The position numbers were made by a program, and so were the translations under genes. From NCBI GenBank assembly GCA_965248755.1, contig OZ252149.1, positions 448,001-512,000 of the forward strand: 64,000 nt of DNA. The letters are read 5' to 3'. The DNA comes from Candidatus Latescibacterota bacterium. Lineage in GTDB: Bacteria > Latescibacterota > CBDEFO01. Under the pieces are notes generated by a model that saw only the letters and a program-made list of their open reading frames with translations, was not told the origin of the DNA and did no database searches. This document shows positions 50,263 to 61,034 of this stretch, piece after piece; position 1 is the first letter of the stretch, and every line of letters starts with the position of its first letter.

Positions 50263-50943
50263 TTAACCCGGCCTCAAGACACACCTAAACCCTATAGTAT
50301 CGAGCCAGTAGGCAGGATTAAGCCTGTGACGGTAATAGCACAGACATTCGTTCTTGTAGCTTACCCACGAGCTGCCCCTTAAGATATACACGCCTGTTCC
50401 CGGCTCCTCTTCGCTTGAAGTCCATTCCAGGACATTTCCGACCATATCGTAACACCCGTACGGGCTAACCCCTGCTGGAAACTGATCTACTGGAGTAGTA
50501 TCCCCTGTTCCACGCTCCCAGGTGTTGCACTTGTACATGTCAAATTCATCACCCCAGGGATAAGTCCTTACATCAGTTCCTCGCGCTGCCTTTTCCCACT
50601 CCTCCTCAGTGGGAAGTTCTTTGCCAGCCCAATGGGCGTAAGCCGAGGCGTCCTCCCATCTGATGTGCGTGACCGGATGATTTTCCCTTTGGCCCGGATA
50701 TGCCCCCCCTTCCCAACCGTCAGGCGCAGGGTGTCCGGTGAAGTCAACGAATTTCCTATACTTCAGGTTTGTCACGGGATACTTATCTATATAAAAATCG
50801 CATTCTATATTTAACCCCTTCTTATCTTTCCCATAGAAGAACGCTCCCGAAGAAACCAAGACCATCTTCGCCTCATCTACAGAGGAAAATATCCTTTCAG
50901 GACTCTTTTTTTCAGGAGACATCCTATAGTCCTCCACCATCAT
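50263..50943 (-). CDS. SUMF1/FGE-sulfatase domain protein
   Basis: YPVTN, HPV, LPTEEEWEKAARG, YPWG, DMVGNVLEW, GFRC. Confidence 0.9.
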   Translation of the reverse strand: MMVEDYRMSPEKKSPERIFSSVDEAKMVLVSSGAFFYGKDKKGLNIECDFYIDKYPVTNLKYRKFVDFTGHPAPDGWEGGAYPGQRENHPVTHIRWEDASAYAHWAGKELPTEEEWEKAARGTDVRTYPWGDEFDMYKCNTWERGTGDTTPVDQFPAGVSPYGCYDMVGNVLEWTSSEEEPGTGVYILRGSSWVSYKNECLCYYRHRLNPAYWLDTIGFRCVLRPG

Positions 50944-51141
50944 CTAACAGTCCGCTCTTCTCCTCAATCTTGCTATATTGGCAGATGATTGTAAATAGCC
51001 GGATCTATTCGAGCTTTTATGACCTAACAACTTTTGAATATACTGATCTATAGCTAGGAATTCAAGAGGAATTTGAGAAATCACAGCAAGGGAAAAGATA
51101 GATACAACAGGAGGGATATCTTCTATCGAGTATATCACTTC

Positions 51142-51230
51142 TGGTGCCGAAGCCGGGAGTCGAACCCGGATGGACGTTAAAGCCCGCGGGATTTTGAGCC
51201 CCGTGTGTCTACCAGTTTCACCACTTCGGC
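51142..51230 (-). tRNA. tRNA-Leu (CAA)
   Basis: GCCGAAG acceptor stem, anticodon loop CTCAAAA, long variable arm, GTTCGAC T-loop, encoded CCA. Confidence 0.95.
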
Positions 51231-51305
51231 ACCTGTATTCAGATCGTCCAAATATGCGGGTAAGCAGCCAGCGCCAGACTGGAATGTCTGACGCGACACC
51301 TTGAA

Positions 51306-51797
51306 TCAAAAACTATCAGCCCGATCCAATCCAGGGGCGTTTGCCTTGCACGGTCCTATGATCTCTGAGAAGACGACCGCTTGTACGACAGATTTAGAGT
51401 TGAATCGAATCAGCAGACCCACAGGAGCTTTATATGCTTCTTTTTGAGCAACTTCCGTTTCAGGAGACTTGGAAGGTTTTGAAGGTGCAACGTGCACAGC
51501 GGGTGGAACGACCACTTCGGATTGTCCACTCGATTCTGGCTGAACATACCCTAAAGACTCTAACATTTCAGTCCTTTCCTGTGCTAAAGTCTCCCGCTCG
51601 TGTATCTGATCTTCAGCTTCAAAATCGTATTCTTCTTCCATTTCATCCGCCGGCATTGTATCCCGCAGCACCCTGGGAATAGGAACAGCAGGCGGCCCAG
51701 CTGTGGAATCTTCCTTCGCCTTTCTCTCCGCCTGCCGGATCTTGCTGAATATATAGGATATTACGACGAGAATGATGACAAACCAGAAACTATCCAT
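51306..51797 (-). CDS. Hypothetical membrane-anchored protein (YqfB-like position after floA)
   Basis: N-terminal TM, low-complexity linker, QAVVFSEIIGP C-terminal motif. Confidence 0.7.
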   Translation of the reverse strand: MDSFWFVIILVVISYIFSKIRQAERKAKEDSTAGPPAVPIPRVLRDTMPADEMEEEYDFEAEDQIHERETLAQERTEMLESLGYVQPESSGQSEVVVPPAVHVAPSKPSKSPETEVAQKEAYKAPVGLLIRFNSKSVVQAVVFSEIIGPCKANAPGLDRADSF

Positions 51798-51855
51798 TAC
51801 ACGATCTTCCTTTTTCGAACCTGCTTCTTACAGAGTCAACATGTTTTCCCTAAAT

Positions 51856-51882
51856 GTAGGGGCGAGATAATCTCGCCCCTAC
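51856..51882. repeat. GTAG-type REP-like perfect palindrome
   Basis: GTAGGGGCGAGATAATCTCGCCCCTAC. Confidence 0.65.
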
Positions 51883-51927
51883 TTCGATACCCCATATCGC
51901 AACTATAGAACTCTATGAAGAACCGTC

Positions 51928-52926
51928 CTAATCTCCGCCAGGAGGAGTTGAATCAGACGCGCTCTCAGATATAGAGGTCCTCATATCTGAGTCCGACTCG
52001 ATATTCCTCATACGATAGTAGTCCATAATTCCCAGGTTGCCGCTCCTGAACGCCTCTGCCATAGCGAGAGGAACCTGGGCTTCGGCCTCCACCACCTTTG
52101 CCCTCATCTCCTGTACTCTCGCCAGCATCTCCTGCTCCTGGGCTACGGCAAGGGCGCGCCTTTCTTCTGCTTTGGCTCTGGCTATTTTAAGGTCCGCCTC
52201 CGCCTGATCCGTCTGAAGCTTGGCGCCGATATTATCTCCAACATCCACGTCCGCTATGTCTATGGAGAGTATATCGTAGGCCGTCCCCGCATCCAGCCCC
52301 TTCTCAAGCACTGTCCTGGAGATGAGATCTGGATTCTCCAGAACAGTCTTGTGGGTCTGAGACGAGCCTATAGTCGTGACTATGCCCTCTCCGACTCTGG
52401 CTATTATGGTCTCCTCCCCCGCTCCGCCTACCAGCCGGTCTATATTGGCTCTGACAGTTACCTTTGAAGTGGCTATAACCTGGATCCCGTCAACAGCCAC
52501 CGCGGCCACTCTGGGGGTAGTTATCACCTTGGGATTCACGCTTACCCTGACAGCCTCAAGCACGTCTCTGCCTGCAAGGTCTATGGCAGCGGCCCTTTCG
52601 AAGTTCAAGTTTATATTGGCTTTGTCAGCGGATATAAGGGCGTTGATTACGTCATTAACGTTGCCGCCTGCCAGATAGTGCGCCTCCATCTTGTCTATAT
52701 CCACACTTAATCCGGCCTTCGTGGCGCTGATCTTGGGTCTGATGATGCCCTGAGGGGGAACCTTGCGCAGCCTCATACCAAAAAGGTCTCCAAAGATCTT
52801 GACCTTCACGCCGGAAAAATAGGCTGTGATCCACAATCCTATCGGAACAAAATGTAGAAAGATAGACACTAATATTATGAGAACCACTATGAGAACCACT
52901 ATTAATATCGGACCTGTTGCTTCCAT
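51928..52926 (-). CDS. floA: Flotillin-like protein FloA (YqfA)
   Basis: [39 protein letters not shown]. Confidence 0.93.
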   Translation of the reverse strand: MEATGPILIVVLIVVLIILVSIFLHFVPIGLWITAYFSGVKVKIFGDLFGMRLRKVPPQGIIRPKISATKAGLSVDIDKMEAHYLAGGNVNDVINALISADKANINLNFERAAAIDLAGRDVLEAVRVSVNPKVITTPRVAAVAVDGIQVIATSKVTVRANIDRLVGGAGEETIIARVGEGIVTTIGSSQTHKTVLENPDLISRTVLEKGLDAGTAYDILSIDIADVDVGDNIGAKLQTDQAEADLKIARAKAEERRALAVAQEQEMLARVQEMRAKVVEAEAQVPLAMAEAFRSGNLGIMDYYRMRNIESDSDMRTSISESASDSTPPGGD

Positions 52927-52997
52927 CGGTTCCACCTCCTGGTGTGTAGTCCTGCAGTTAATGGCAAGTCCCCCGATTTAAGAAGGAGACCTGCAAT

Positions 52998-54353
52998 TTA
53001 CGCTTCTCTTACGACTATTTTGCTTCCCTCCACGGCTAAGATCTTTATCACCTTATGTTTCTCTATGTAGTCACCCTCCGAAACTACATCTAGCCGTCTT
53101 CCGCCGAAGGTCCCCGTTCCCGCCGGTCGAAGCATTGTTATGGCGAGGCCTGTAGCCCCCACCAAATGCTCGTACTCGGACGGAGAGGATCTAAAGCCTT
53201 CCTCTGTCTTCTCCTCAGCCTGAAGTATAAGCTTGTTCCATAAGCTGATTCTGGGAAGAGACCTGAGTACTAAGATAGAAACGATTATCGAAAGTAAAAA
53301 TGCAAGCCCCATAGAGGTTACAGCTCCTGACACGTCCTCCATTGTCCAGAACGTCCAGTACTCGATTCCGCCCATTAAACTTGCAAAGAGTCCCGCGAAT
53401 ATTGACACGATGCCCGCAAGCCCCACCAGTCCAAAGCCCGGAATATACAGAACCTCGATAAGGAGCATTATAGCTCCCGCTGCGAACAGCAAAGGTCCTT
53501 CCCACCCTGCCAGATGGACGAGATGTTGGCTCCAGAAGAAGAGTCCCAAAGAGATGAGACCTACACTCCCGCCGACCCCCCAACCAGGAGTTCTCAACTC
53601 GAACAGGAGTCCCAAGAAACCCAAACTCATCAGGAGCGAACTTACTATAGGGTGGGTAAAAAAACGCGCTAAAAGTTCCGCCCAGTTTGTCTGGAATCTG
53701 TTTATCCTTGCCCCCGACAGGTCATACAGACTCAGGACTTCCTGGAGCTTTTCGTCTTCATCCAACTTTTCAACTTTGTGGTCAGCTATTTTATACTGTA
53801 GTGCCTCCTCTGTGGTAAGGGTTAAGAGCTTTCCTTTCGGGGCAAGATCGGGAATATCCACATCTTCGTCCACCATCGCCTCAGCCAGGTCGGTAGGTCG
53901 GCCGGTCTTTTCGGCCGTGGCCTTCATCTCACTTCTGAAATAGGAGATGACCTTCTCGCTGGCTTTCTTGCCTTGAAGATCAACAGCAGTCGCCGCACCT
54001 ATGGTGCCTCCCTCGGACATAACTATATGATCTGCGGCTAACGATATTAGAGCGCCGGCGGAGATAGCTCTCGGGTTGATGAAGGCGATGGTCTTAGTCT
54101 CTGTATATAAAATAGCGTCCCTAATTATTAAGGCCGCATCTACTCTGCCTCCGGGCGTATCTATTTCGAAGATGATGGCATCAACCCCCAGTTTCTCACC
54201 TTCTTTGATCGCTCTTTCCACAAAGGCAGCCAAGCCCCTGTCAACTACATCCTTGATGGGAACTACAGAAACGCTCTTCCCCGAGGCATGAACGGGCAGC
54301 AGGAGCATAAGACTAAGGGCAAAAAAGGTGGCATATTTGGCTGCTGCTTTCAT
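52998..54353 (-). CDS. nfeD: NfeD-family membrane serine protease (YqeZ-like)
   Basis: DTPGG, AISAGALI, GKLLTLT, LRPAG, C-terminal OB fold; upstream of floA. Confidence 0.9.
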   Translation of the reverse strand: MKAAAKYATFFALSLMLLLPVHASGKSVSVVPIKDVVDRGLAAFVERAIKEGEKLGVDAIIFEIDTPGGRVDAALIIRDAILYTETKTIAFINPRAISAGALISLAADHIVMSEGGTIGAATAVDLQGKKASEKVISYFRSEMKATAEKTGRPTDLAEAMVDEDVDIPDLAPKGKLLTLTTEEALQYKIADHKVEKLDEDEKLQEVLSLYDLSGARINRFQTNWAELLARFFTHPIVSSLLMSLGFLGLLFELRTPGWGVGGSVGLISLGLFFWSQHLVHLAGWEGPLLFAAGAIMLLIEVLYIPGFGLVGLAGIVSIFAGLFASLMGGIEYWTFWTMEDVSGAVTSMGLAFLLSIIVSILVLRSLPRISLWNKLILQAEEKTEEGFRSSPSEYEHLVGATGLAITMLRPAGTGTFGGRRLDVVSEGDYIEKHKVIKILAVEGSKIVVREA

Positions 54354-54449
54354 TGTGATCTTATCCAGGATTAAATTATTAGTATTCTCCACCGTAATTT
54401 TACTACAATCCTCTGCATTTGTCAACACCTTTTTCAAAAGCAGGAAGTC

Positions 54450-55055
54450 CTACTGATTCCTCCGGATAAAATCTCGGATAGCCTCCTTGCCGCCTTCGAG
54501 TATGGACGCGCCGTCAGCCGCTAAGACCGGCCCATATTCGTACTCTAAAAGCACCTTTATGCCCTCCTTGGCCTTCTCTATGTCCTTATATTTCTCTGCT
54601 GGAAGGAGATTAAGTTGACCTTGCGGCTTTCCTATCAGAGCGTCTCCCAATATCAGGCCCGGTTCTCCTCTCTCCAAAAGCAGGGCGGATTCCCCCGGGG
54701 ATTTGTTGTCCCGAACATGGATAACCACCAAGCCTCCGGGGAGTTTAGCTTTATGTTTGAAGGTTTTATCTGCCTCCACTTCCTCCAATAGTGGAGCGTC
54801 CAATTCGTTTATGTAGACCTGGGCATCGTACTTGAGCTTTGCGTGGGCCGCCTCCCTTTCGTGATCCCTGTTGGTAATGATAATATACTTCGGCGCGCCT
54901 ATCTTATCTATCTCCTCCTCATCCGAAGGCGTCATCTCAGTCGGATCTATAATAACGTTTCCGCCCTCAGACTTTATAAGAAAACCGTTGAAATCCATCC
55001 CCTTTTCCTGGGAATACCACGACCATGTATATATGTCTTTAAGTATCTCTTTCAT
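54450..55055 (-). CDS. MBL-fold protein with degenerate metal motif
   Basis: IIDP, ITNRDHER, KSPGE, ILGDAL. Confidence 0.78.
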   Translation of the reverse strand: MKEILKDIYTWSWYSQEKGMDFNGFLIKSEGGNVIIDPTEMTPSDEEEIDKIGAPKYIIITNRDHEREAAHAKLKYDAQVYINELDAPLLEEVEADKTFKHKAKLPGGLVVIHVRDNKSPGESALLLERGEPGLILGDALIGKPQGQLNLLPAEKYKDIEKAKEGIKVLLEYEYGPVLAADGASILEGGKEAIRDFIRRNQ

Positions 55056-55254
55056 GCTCAGACTCCTCCTGCATCTATATTAATGCATAGTTAAGTAACA
55101 TTTCCGTTTTTATGAAGCTTTTCACCATATTTTGCATCTGAGCTGTATAGTATGACTCATAGGCTTCAAACTCCCGCTCCGACTGCTGGACTGTCTCCTT
55201 TCGATGATGTACTCACCTATCAGCTTGTAGTCATCACCGACCCTTTAAAATGCT

Positions 55255-55962
55255 TTATTTCCCCTTTCTCTTCCACTCTTCATATTCCCTTAAGGTCGCC
55301 TCATCGGGAGGATATGTCTCGAAGATCTTCCGCTGCCCGTCCTCCTTGAGCTTGGCTTTCAGGAAACTCTCCCTGTGTTCTAACTCAAGGGCCTCTTGGG
55401 CCACTTGGGGGGACAATTCCTGAGGAATTACAATCACTCCCTGCGCATCGCCCAACAGCACATCCCCGGGAACTACAGCGACTCCTCCGCAGCTTACGGT
55501 CACGTTCATCTCTATCCCCACTATTCTTCTGGCGCTTCCAGACGCATGTGCTCCTTTGATGTACAGGGGAAGATCCATGTTGCTGAGCGCAGAAAGATCC
55601 CTGATTGCTGCATCTACCACTAAACCTCCGCCGCCTCTTACTACAAATCGCGTCATAATTACGTCTCCCACAAATCCCGCCTCCGTACAGCCACCGGCGT
55701 CCACAACTAAAATATCACCCGGGTTAGCTGCCTCCACAGCCTGTTGATGGACGGGATAGCCATTTTTCTGCAACTTTTCCTGGATGTCCTTACGCACAGG
55801 GACGTATCTGACAGTTGTCGCCTGTCCGACCATCATCAGCTCGGGACGTATTACTTCAAGCCCAGTCATAAACGTGTCCGGGTAACCCAGGTCGTCTAAG
55901 ATGCTCCATACAGAGTCCGTGCTGACCTTCTTCAGAGCTTCCATTATCTTTTTGTCTACCAC
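55255..55962 (-). CDS. RraA/HMG-aldolase family protein
   Basis: PGDILVVDA, GDVI, AIRD, PGDVLLGDAQGVIVIP. Confidence 0.88.
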   Translation of the reverse strand: MVDKKIMEALKKVSTDSVWSILDDLGYPDTFMTGLEVIRPELMMVGQATTVRYVPVRKDIQEKLQKNGYPVHQQAVEAANPGDILVVDAGGCTEAGFVGDVIMTRFVVRGGGGLVVDAAIRDLSALSNMDLPLYIKGAHASGSARRIVGIEMNVTVSCGGVAVVPGDVLLGDAQGVIVIPQELSPQVAQEALELEHRESFLKAKLKEDGQRKIFETYPPDEATLREYEEWKRKGK

Positions 55963-56043
55963 GTATCTCCGGCCATAGATATAAGCCTCGATATGCTCGC
56001 GTAGCGGCGGCAGGACGATAGGAACGACGTTAAGGCATAAGAA

Positions 56044-57669
56044 CCGACATTCCCCATATCACATTCATGAGGGATTATATTTCGATACATTCTTGTTTCT
56101 GAATTAATATTACCACTTTTACATTTTTCAACAAGTACTTTTTTCAATTAAAATAGTATTTTCCTCTGAATTATCACTTTCTTTGTGTTTAAATCCTCCA
56201 ATTAGAGACACCTCTCCATCGACTCACAAAAAAATGTGGCAGTTTAAACAGAATAACATCGCAATCGTTCAATCCGGGATAATATTTCGGCAAATAACCT
56301 CTTGTCTATCCCAACCTCAGCCATTTGAAACGTAATATATCCGCTGTGTCTGACAATCTTCGCTCCGATTTTGATAAATTTCACGAGGAGGCTGCGTAGT
56401 GACCAGTGTTTGATTTTCTTCGGAAGAACAAAACGTCGCAGGAAGTTGCCCAAGTTGTAAGCCAGAACAAACAGCCAGAGCCTCACCTGATTGGAGACGA
56501 AACGCTTGCATGAGAGTCGGGTCCAGTTCAGAGCATACTTGCCCTCCTTAATCCACTGCTCAGCTCTGCCACGGCCATTGTAGAAGTGTACCACGCCTTC
56601 TGGCTTGGCGCTCATGTTGGTCACGATAAATCCCACTCTTGGGAATAACTCCCCTTGGTGCCATTCAACCTTGGCGACCACTCGCCTCGATTGATCCCAA
56701 CTGGCCGCTTTATATTGAAATTCATATAACGATACAATCGGTTTCCTCGGCGGTCGTCCAACTGGCCGAGTCAGCAGGTATCGTATCTTTTCATAGAGTA
56801 TCTCATTTGCGGGAAGCCGAATGGCATACAAATAGCCGTTTCCCTCCAGATAATCATAAATCTCAGGCTTTGCGAATGCAGCATCGCCTCGAAAGTATTT
56901 CCTATTCTTCTTGCTCTCGTATCTCTTGACGATCGGTTCCAGAACTTCCTTCCAACGATCAGCACTGTGAACATTACCAGAGCGAAGTAGGACTCCTTCA
57001 CAATCCCCGAACTGATTGAAGCAGAACACTGGATGAAAACAGGTACATCCGAAATGACCGTTGTAAGCTGATCCTTCCTGCTGGCCATGTACCGGACTCT
57101 CCGAACTGTCCATGTCCAGAATGATTCGTTGATGCTGTGTTTTACTCATCGCTTTTTGAACCCACTTGCCATTGATATCTGACAAGTTTCTGAGATTGTC
57201 ATGCTGAGTCAGTATATCAGTTTCAAAACGTCCTATCGTGTTGGAGCTGGCAGCTTGCCTGCCTTTGTCCTTCTTTCCGGTAATCGCTCGCATGACGGGA
57301 TCAACGGATAATCGCTCGGCGTCATTTACATCTTCATATCCTGCAAGACGGCTGTATATCGATTGACGCAGGAGAGTAGATATATCATGTTGGATATTAC
57401 GGCCTGTGCGTTTATCGGTAAAAACCGCTGATACCGAATCAAATAATCCCAGTGCGTAATCAAGGTCACGATACGCAAGAAGTCCACCGTTTGATGTCAC
57501 CTTTGCACCATGAAATTCAAGCTTTATTCCTCCATCAAAACCTACTTTCATTCTTTCACCCTCTGGATGATCAATATTTATCCGCCATTTATGAGTCTTA
57601 TTTATTGTAATATAACATGTTCTGGCGACTTTGACAACCATTTTTCGGGTCTAATATGGCGAATGGGGG
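56044..57669 (-). mobile_element. IS1380-family insertion sequence
   Basis: 16-bp IRs CCGACATTCCCCATAT / (rev) CCCCCATTCGCCATAT (13/16 match) flanking the transposase; no clear target duplication. Confidence 0.88.
56244..57551 (-). CDS. IS1380-family DDE transposase
   Basis: LDMDSS, HGQQEG, RGDAAF, FYNGRGRAEQWIKEGK. Confidence 0.93.
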   Translation of the reverse strand: MKVGFDGGIKLEFHGAKVTSNGGLLAYRDLDYALGLFDSVSAVFTDKRTGRNIQHDISTLLRQSIYSRLAGYEDVNDAERLSVDPVMRAITGKKDKGRQAASSNTIGRFETDILTQHDNLRNLSDINGKWVQKAMSKTQHQRIILDMDSSESPVHGQQEGSAYNGHFGCTCFHPVFCFNQFGDCEGVLLRSGNVHSADRWKEVLEPIVKRYESKKNRKYFRGDAAFAKPEIYDYLEGNGYLYAIRLPANEILYEKIRYLLTRPVGRPPRKPIVSLYEFQYKAASWDQSRRVVAKVEWHQGELFPRVGFIVTNMSAKPEGVVHFYNGRGRAEQWIKEGKYALNWTRLSCKRFVSNQVRLWLFVLAYNLGNFLRRFVLPKKIKHWSLRSLLVKFIKIGAKIVRHSGYITFQMAEVGIDKRLFAEILSRIERLRCYSV

Positions 57670-58814
57670 ATAAGGTTCTTCTCTGTTAGATAACTCCCTA
57701 TAATCTCCGCTGCGAGTTTGTGTCCTTCCGGGCTCCAGTGAGTGTTGGGATAGAAGAGATGTGCTCCGATTTTGGCGCGTTTTGAGAACTCCGGGAGGAG
57801 GTCCATAAGCGGTATCCCGGCTTTTCGACAGTATTCTGATATTATTCTGTTAGGCCTATATAGATCGTACTTTCCCTCCATTCCTAACTCCCGTTTTCTC
57901 TTCTCCCATTCATCTGTATGAACCTGTAGTTTAGCCGGAACGGTGACCACAAGCATCTTCGCCCCTGCTTTTCCCACCTCATCGGAGAACCTGCCGATGA
58001 GAGTCTTGGTCAGCATCCAGGTATTATATAATTTAGGACGATACACATCCGAATACAGCAGATCGTAGTATCTGACGGACAAATCTGTTATCTTCTGCGA
58101 TGTGAACTGTGAGCGTACCAGGTTATAAAGATGGCATCTATCCCAGAGAAACTGGTCTACTTGTCGCACCATCTCTTGAGGCTTTGGCCGAGCTTCATCC
58201 CAGAAGAGGGACCTCGGAACAGGGATGCCCCGAAGGTCAAGGTTCCCATTTCTCAAACGGAAATAAGGTTTGAAGCCCTTTTCCCTGCCTATGCCTACCT
58301 TTGAGGCGTTGTTCCCCACGTCATTTAGGTAGAAGAATACGATCACAAGATCGGGCGAATACTTTAGGCCCTCTCTTCGAAAGAACAAAAGCTCCTGATC
58401 TGTCCCGTATCCCGCCACACTGCAGTTTACAACTTCGTACTTTTTATCGCCTGTTTCAAGGTTCAGGATCTTTTCGAGCCTCCGTGTCACAGAATCCTCA
58501 AGCTCCACTCCCCATCCCTCAACGAAGGAATCTCCAAAGGCTAATATGCGAAATGTATTATCTTTCTTGGCGTAGTCCCTCTCGACGTCCCTTAGTCCCT
58601 TGGAGTTGATCTTGATACTCACATCAAAGTCCCTGTGAAGCCATCTATCTTCGGCTCCCGGAATGTGCTCCCATCCCAGATTCGCCTCGTATCTCCAGAC
58701 CTTGGGAGTGGGGAATATTTGAGGGGCAACAATACGAGTCCCGATCTCCAATACGCCTACGCTCAACAAGATTCCGATAAGTATAATAACTACATTTGAA
58801 AGAAACTTTTTCAT
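57651..58814 (-). CDS. SGNH/GDSL hydrolase-family protein (AlgX/AlgJ-like)
   Basis: N-terminal TM, INSKGLRD, GDSF, GYGTDQE, ND, HWSPEGH. Confidence 0.88.
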   Translation of the reverse strand: MKKFLSNVVIILIGILLSVGVLEIGTRIVAPQIFPTPKVWRYEANLGWEHIPGAEDRWLHRDFDVSIKINSKGLRDVERDYAKKDNTFRILAFGDSFVEGWGVELEDSVTRRLEKILNLETGDKKYEVVNCSVAGYGTDQELLFFRREGLKYSPDLVIVFFYLNDVGNNASKVGIGREKGFKPYFRLRNGNLDLRGIPVPRSLFWDEARPKPQEMVRQVDQFLWDRCHLYNLVRSQFTSQKITDLSVRYYDLLYSDVYRPKLYNTWMLTKTLIGRFSDEVGKAGAKMLVVTVPAKLQVHTDEWEKRKRELGMEGKYDLYRPNRIISEYCRKAGIPLMDLLPEFSKRAKIGAHLFYPNTHWSPEGHKLAAEIIGSYLTEKNLIPHSPY

Positions 58815-60145
58815 CTGTAAGCACTTTTTGAAAGATACACCTTATTAAGATAATGACGCCCTTGTGCGTTTTCTGGATCCCACTCCAAAAGATCTTTTAG
58901 CACTCTTTCGGCATCATCTGATCTGTTTTCCTTCATATAAGCGTGAGCGAGGAAAACATATACCTTCTTATCCTGCCTGGGATAGATATTTATCCCCTTA
59001 GATAGGTGTTCAATTGCCTTTTTATAGTCCTCTTTCACGAGAAAATATTTTCCAGAATCTCTATACTGTACCCCCTCTAAAGTCTTTAATCTTGAAAAGC
59101 TCGATACTCCTATGAGCACAACCAAAACTGCCGTCAGTGCTTTCAGAGACACTCTTTCCCTGTTCCATAGCGCATAGGGAAACACACAGGCAAGTATCCA
59201 GACTATCCAGAACGACACTTTGGGTTTTGCCTTCCACAAGAAGAAGATCAAAACCCCTAAAAGAACGTAGCCCAACTTCCACATCCAGTGTAAAGATTCC
59301 TTCGAGCCGATAAGATTCCAGTGAGCTTCCGTTAAGAGCCAAAAGAGATAACTTGAGTAGTTTTGGAGGACATGGAGTCCCATTTCGTACGTCTCATTGC
59401 TCGAGAAGGGGCTTTTGTACACAAATCTATCGGCCGACCAGAAAACAATTGCTGACAGTATAAAGGGGAGGACGGACTTGAAGAACCTATTCCCCCTCAA
59501 TTTGCCTATCCAGAAAAGATAAGCAAAAAGAGGAACTATCGCTATCCCCATAGACTGATGCATGAACATCGAGACCAAAAATGAGACCCCAGAAAGGACG
59601 ATCCAGCGCGTTTTCTTCTGATTTACGTAATACTGTGCAAATATAAACGATGTGAGGACAAAGGTGGTTCCCAAAAGTATCGATACCGCTGAAATCCAAT
59701 AGGTCGCCCTGTAGTGAGAGCAGTTAAGGAGAAAGAGGAATCCCGACAGTAATCCCATCTGGGTGCCGCACGGGTAGGACCTCGCTGGCAGGCCACTACG
59801 TGGGTGGTTGAAGAAAACACTCACAAGATATGCAAAAACGAGGGCGTTGACTGTATGCACAAAGACGTTGAAGAGGTGGTACGGCTTCGCGTCTTCCTTG
59901 AAGGGTTTGTAGAGAAAATAAAATAGCGTGTGGACTCCGAGCCTGCTCGCCCAGGGTTTGGAGAAAGATGGAGAGAATATATACTTGGGATCGCTCTGGG
60001 CCAGCCGGGCATTTTTTACGTAGTCTTCATCATCGAATGTAAACGAGTGAAACCCCATATTGTAGAACGTCGCCGACGATACGAAGACCGTAAAAAGGGC
60101 ATAAATCGCCCATAGTTTCACATTCGCGGCTGCACTACGGCCCAT
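58811..60145 (-). CDS. Polytopic membrane protein with C-terminal TPR (GT-C/TMTC-like)
   Basis: FDDEDY, YHLFNVFVH, multiple TMs, TPR-like tail. Confidence 0.75.
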   Translation of the reverse strand: MGRSAAANVKLWAIYALFTVFVSSATFYNMGFHSFTFDDEDYVKNARLAQSDPKYIFSPSFSKPWASRLGVHTLFYFLYKPFKEDAKPYHLFNVFVHTVNALVFAYLVSVFFNHPRSGLPARSYPCGTQMGLLSGFLFLLNCSHYRATYWISAVSILLGTTFVLTSFIFAQYYVNQKKTRWIVLSGVSFLVSMFMHQSMGIAIVPLFAYLFWIGKLRGNRFFKSVLPFILSAIVFWSADRFVYKSPFSSNETYEMGLHVLQNYSSYLFWLLTEAHWNLIGSKESLHWMWKLGYVLLGVLIFFLWKAKPKVSFWIVWILACVFPYALWNRERVSLKALTAVLVVLIGVSSFSRLKTLEGVQYRDSGKYFLVKEDYKKAIEHLSKGINIYPRQDKKVYVFLAHAYMKENRSDDAERVLKDLLEWDPENAQGRHYLNKVYLSKSAYR

Positions 60146-60208
60146 ATCGGCGCTGTCTCGGTTAAGTGTGTCATTTGACAGTCCTTGTCTAAAATTCTTC
60201 GCTCTGTC

Positions 60209-61034
60209 TCAGGCCTGTTTTCTCTTTGCCTTTATCGCAGCAATACAGGAAGACCCGCTCCCGCAGAAAGGATCTAACACAACTTCATCTTTGAAGGTAT
60301 AAAGATGAATCAGCCGACGTGGAAGCTCAACCGGAAAAGGGGCGGGATGTCCGATCCTTTGCGCAGATTCGGCGGAGAATGTCCACACACTCTTTGTCAA
60401 CTCCAGGAATTCTGCCTTATTGATTGTATCTTCCCTACCTTTCTTCTTTCGACTGAAGGAATCCTTTGAAAAAAACTAGGATATACTCATGAATATCCCT
60501 TAAAGTCGGATTCGCTGCCGATTGCCAGCTTCCCCATGCCGTTGATGGACTGGAACTTGTCGCCTTGTTCCAGATCATTTCACCCCGCATCAGGAAGCCA
60601 ATCTCGTGCATATCCTGAATAATATAACTGTGAAGAGGAATGTAAGGCTTTCGTCCCAGATTCGCTATGTTCACACATGCCCTGCCCCCGGTGACAAGAA
60701 CGCGATAGGTCTCCCTGAAAACCCGTTTCAGCAAATCCCTGCATTCATCCAATATCAGATCCTCGTCATACTCTTTAGTTACATTGTAGGGCGGAGATGT
60801 CACCATGAGGTGTATGCTGTAGTCAGGGATCTCCTCCATCACCTCGCTACTTTTGCAGTATACCTTTTCCAGAAGCGACTCATCTATAGGATTTTCAATA
60901 TGCGTTACATCGCTCGGAACTGTTTGCCCTTTGTATAATTTACTGCTATAAAACTTGGTCGAGTCGTGGCCGATTCTACCGGGTGAACCAAAGGAACTCG
61001 TTGAAGTACTGTTCTTCTTACTTTTAGGCTTCAT
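60209..61034 (-). pseudogene. N4/N6 DNA methyltransferase (beta class), frameshifted and 3'-truncated
   Basis: TSPPY and HEYILVF in 60435-61034; HPAPFP and DPFCGSGS in 60209-60400; shift in a T7 run near 60469-60475. Confidence 0.88.

Noticed and set aside
51142..51230. tRNA-anchored genomic island
   Set aside because: No integrase nearby and no duplicated tRNA 3' end was noticed in the window.
50944..51309. 121-aa minus-strand ORF
   Set aside because: Overlaps tRNA-Leu; spurious.
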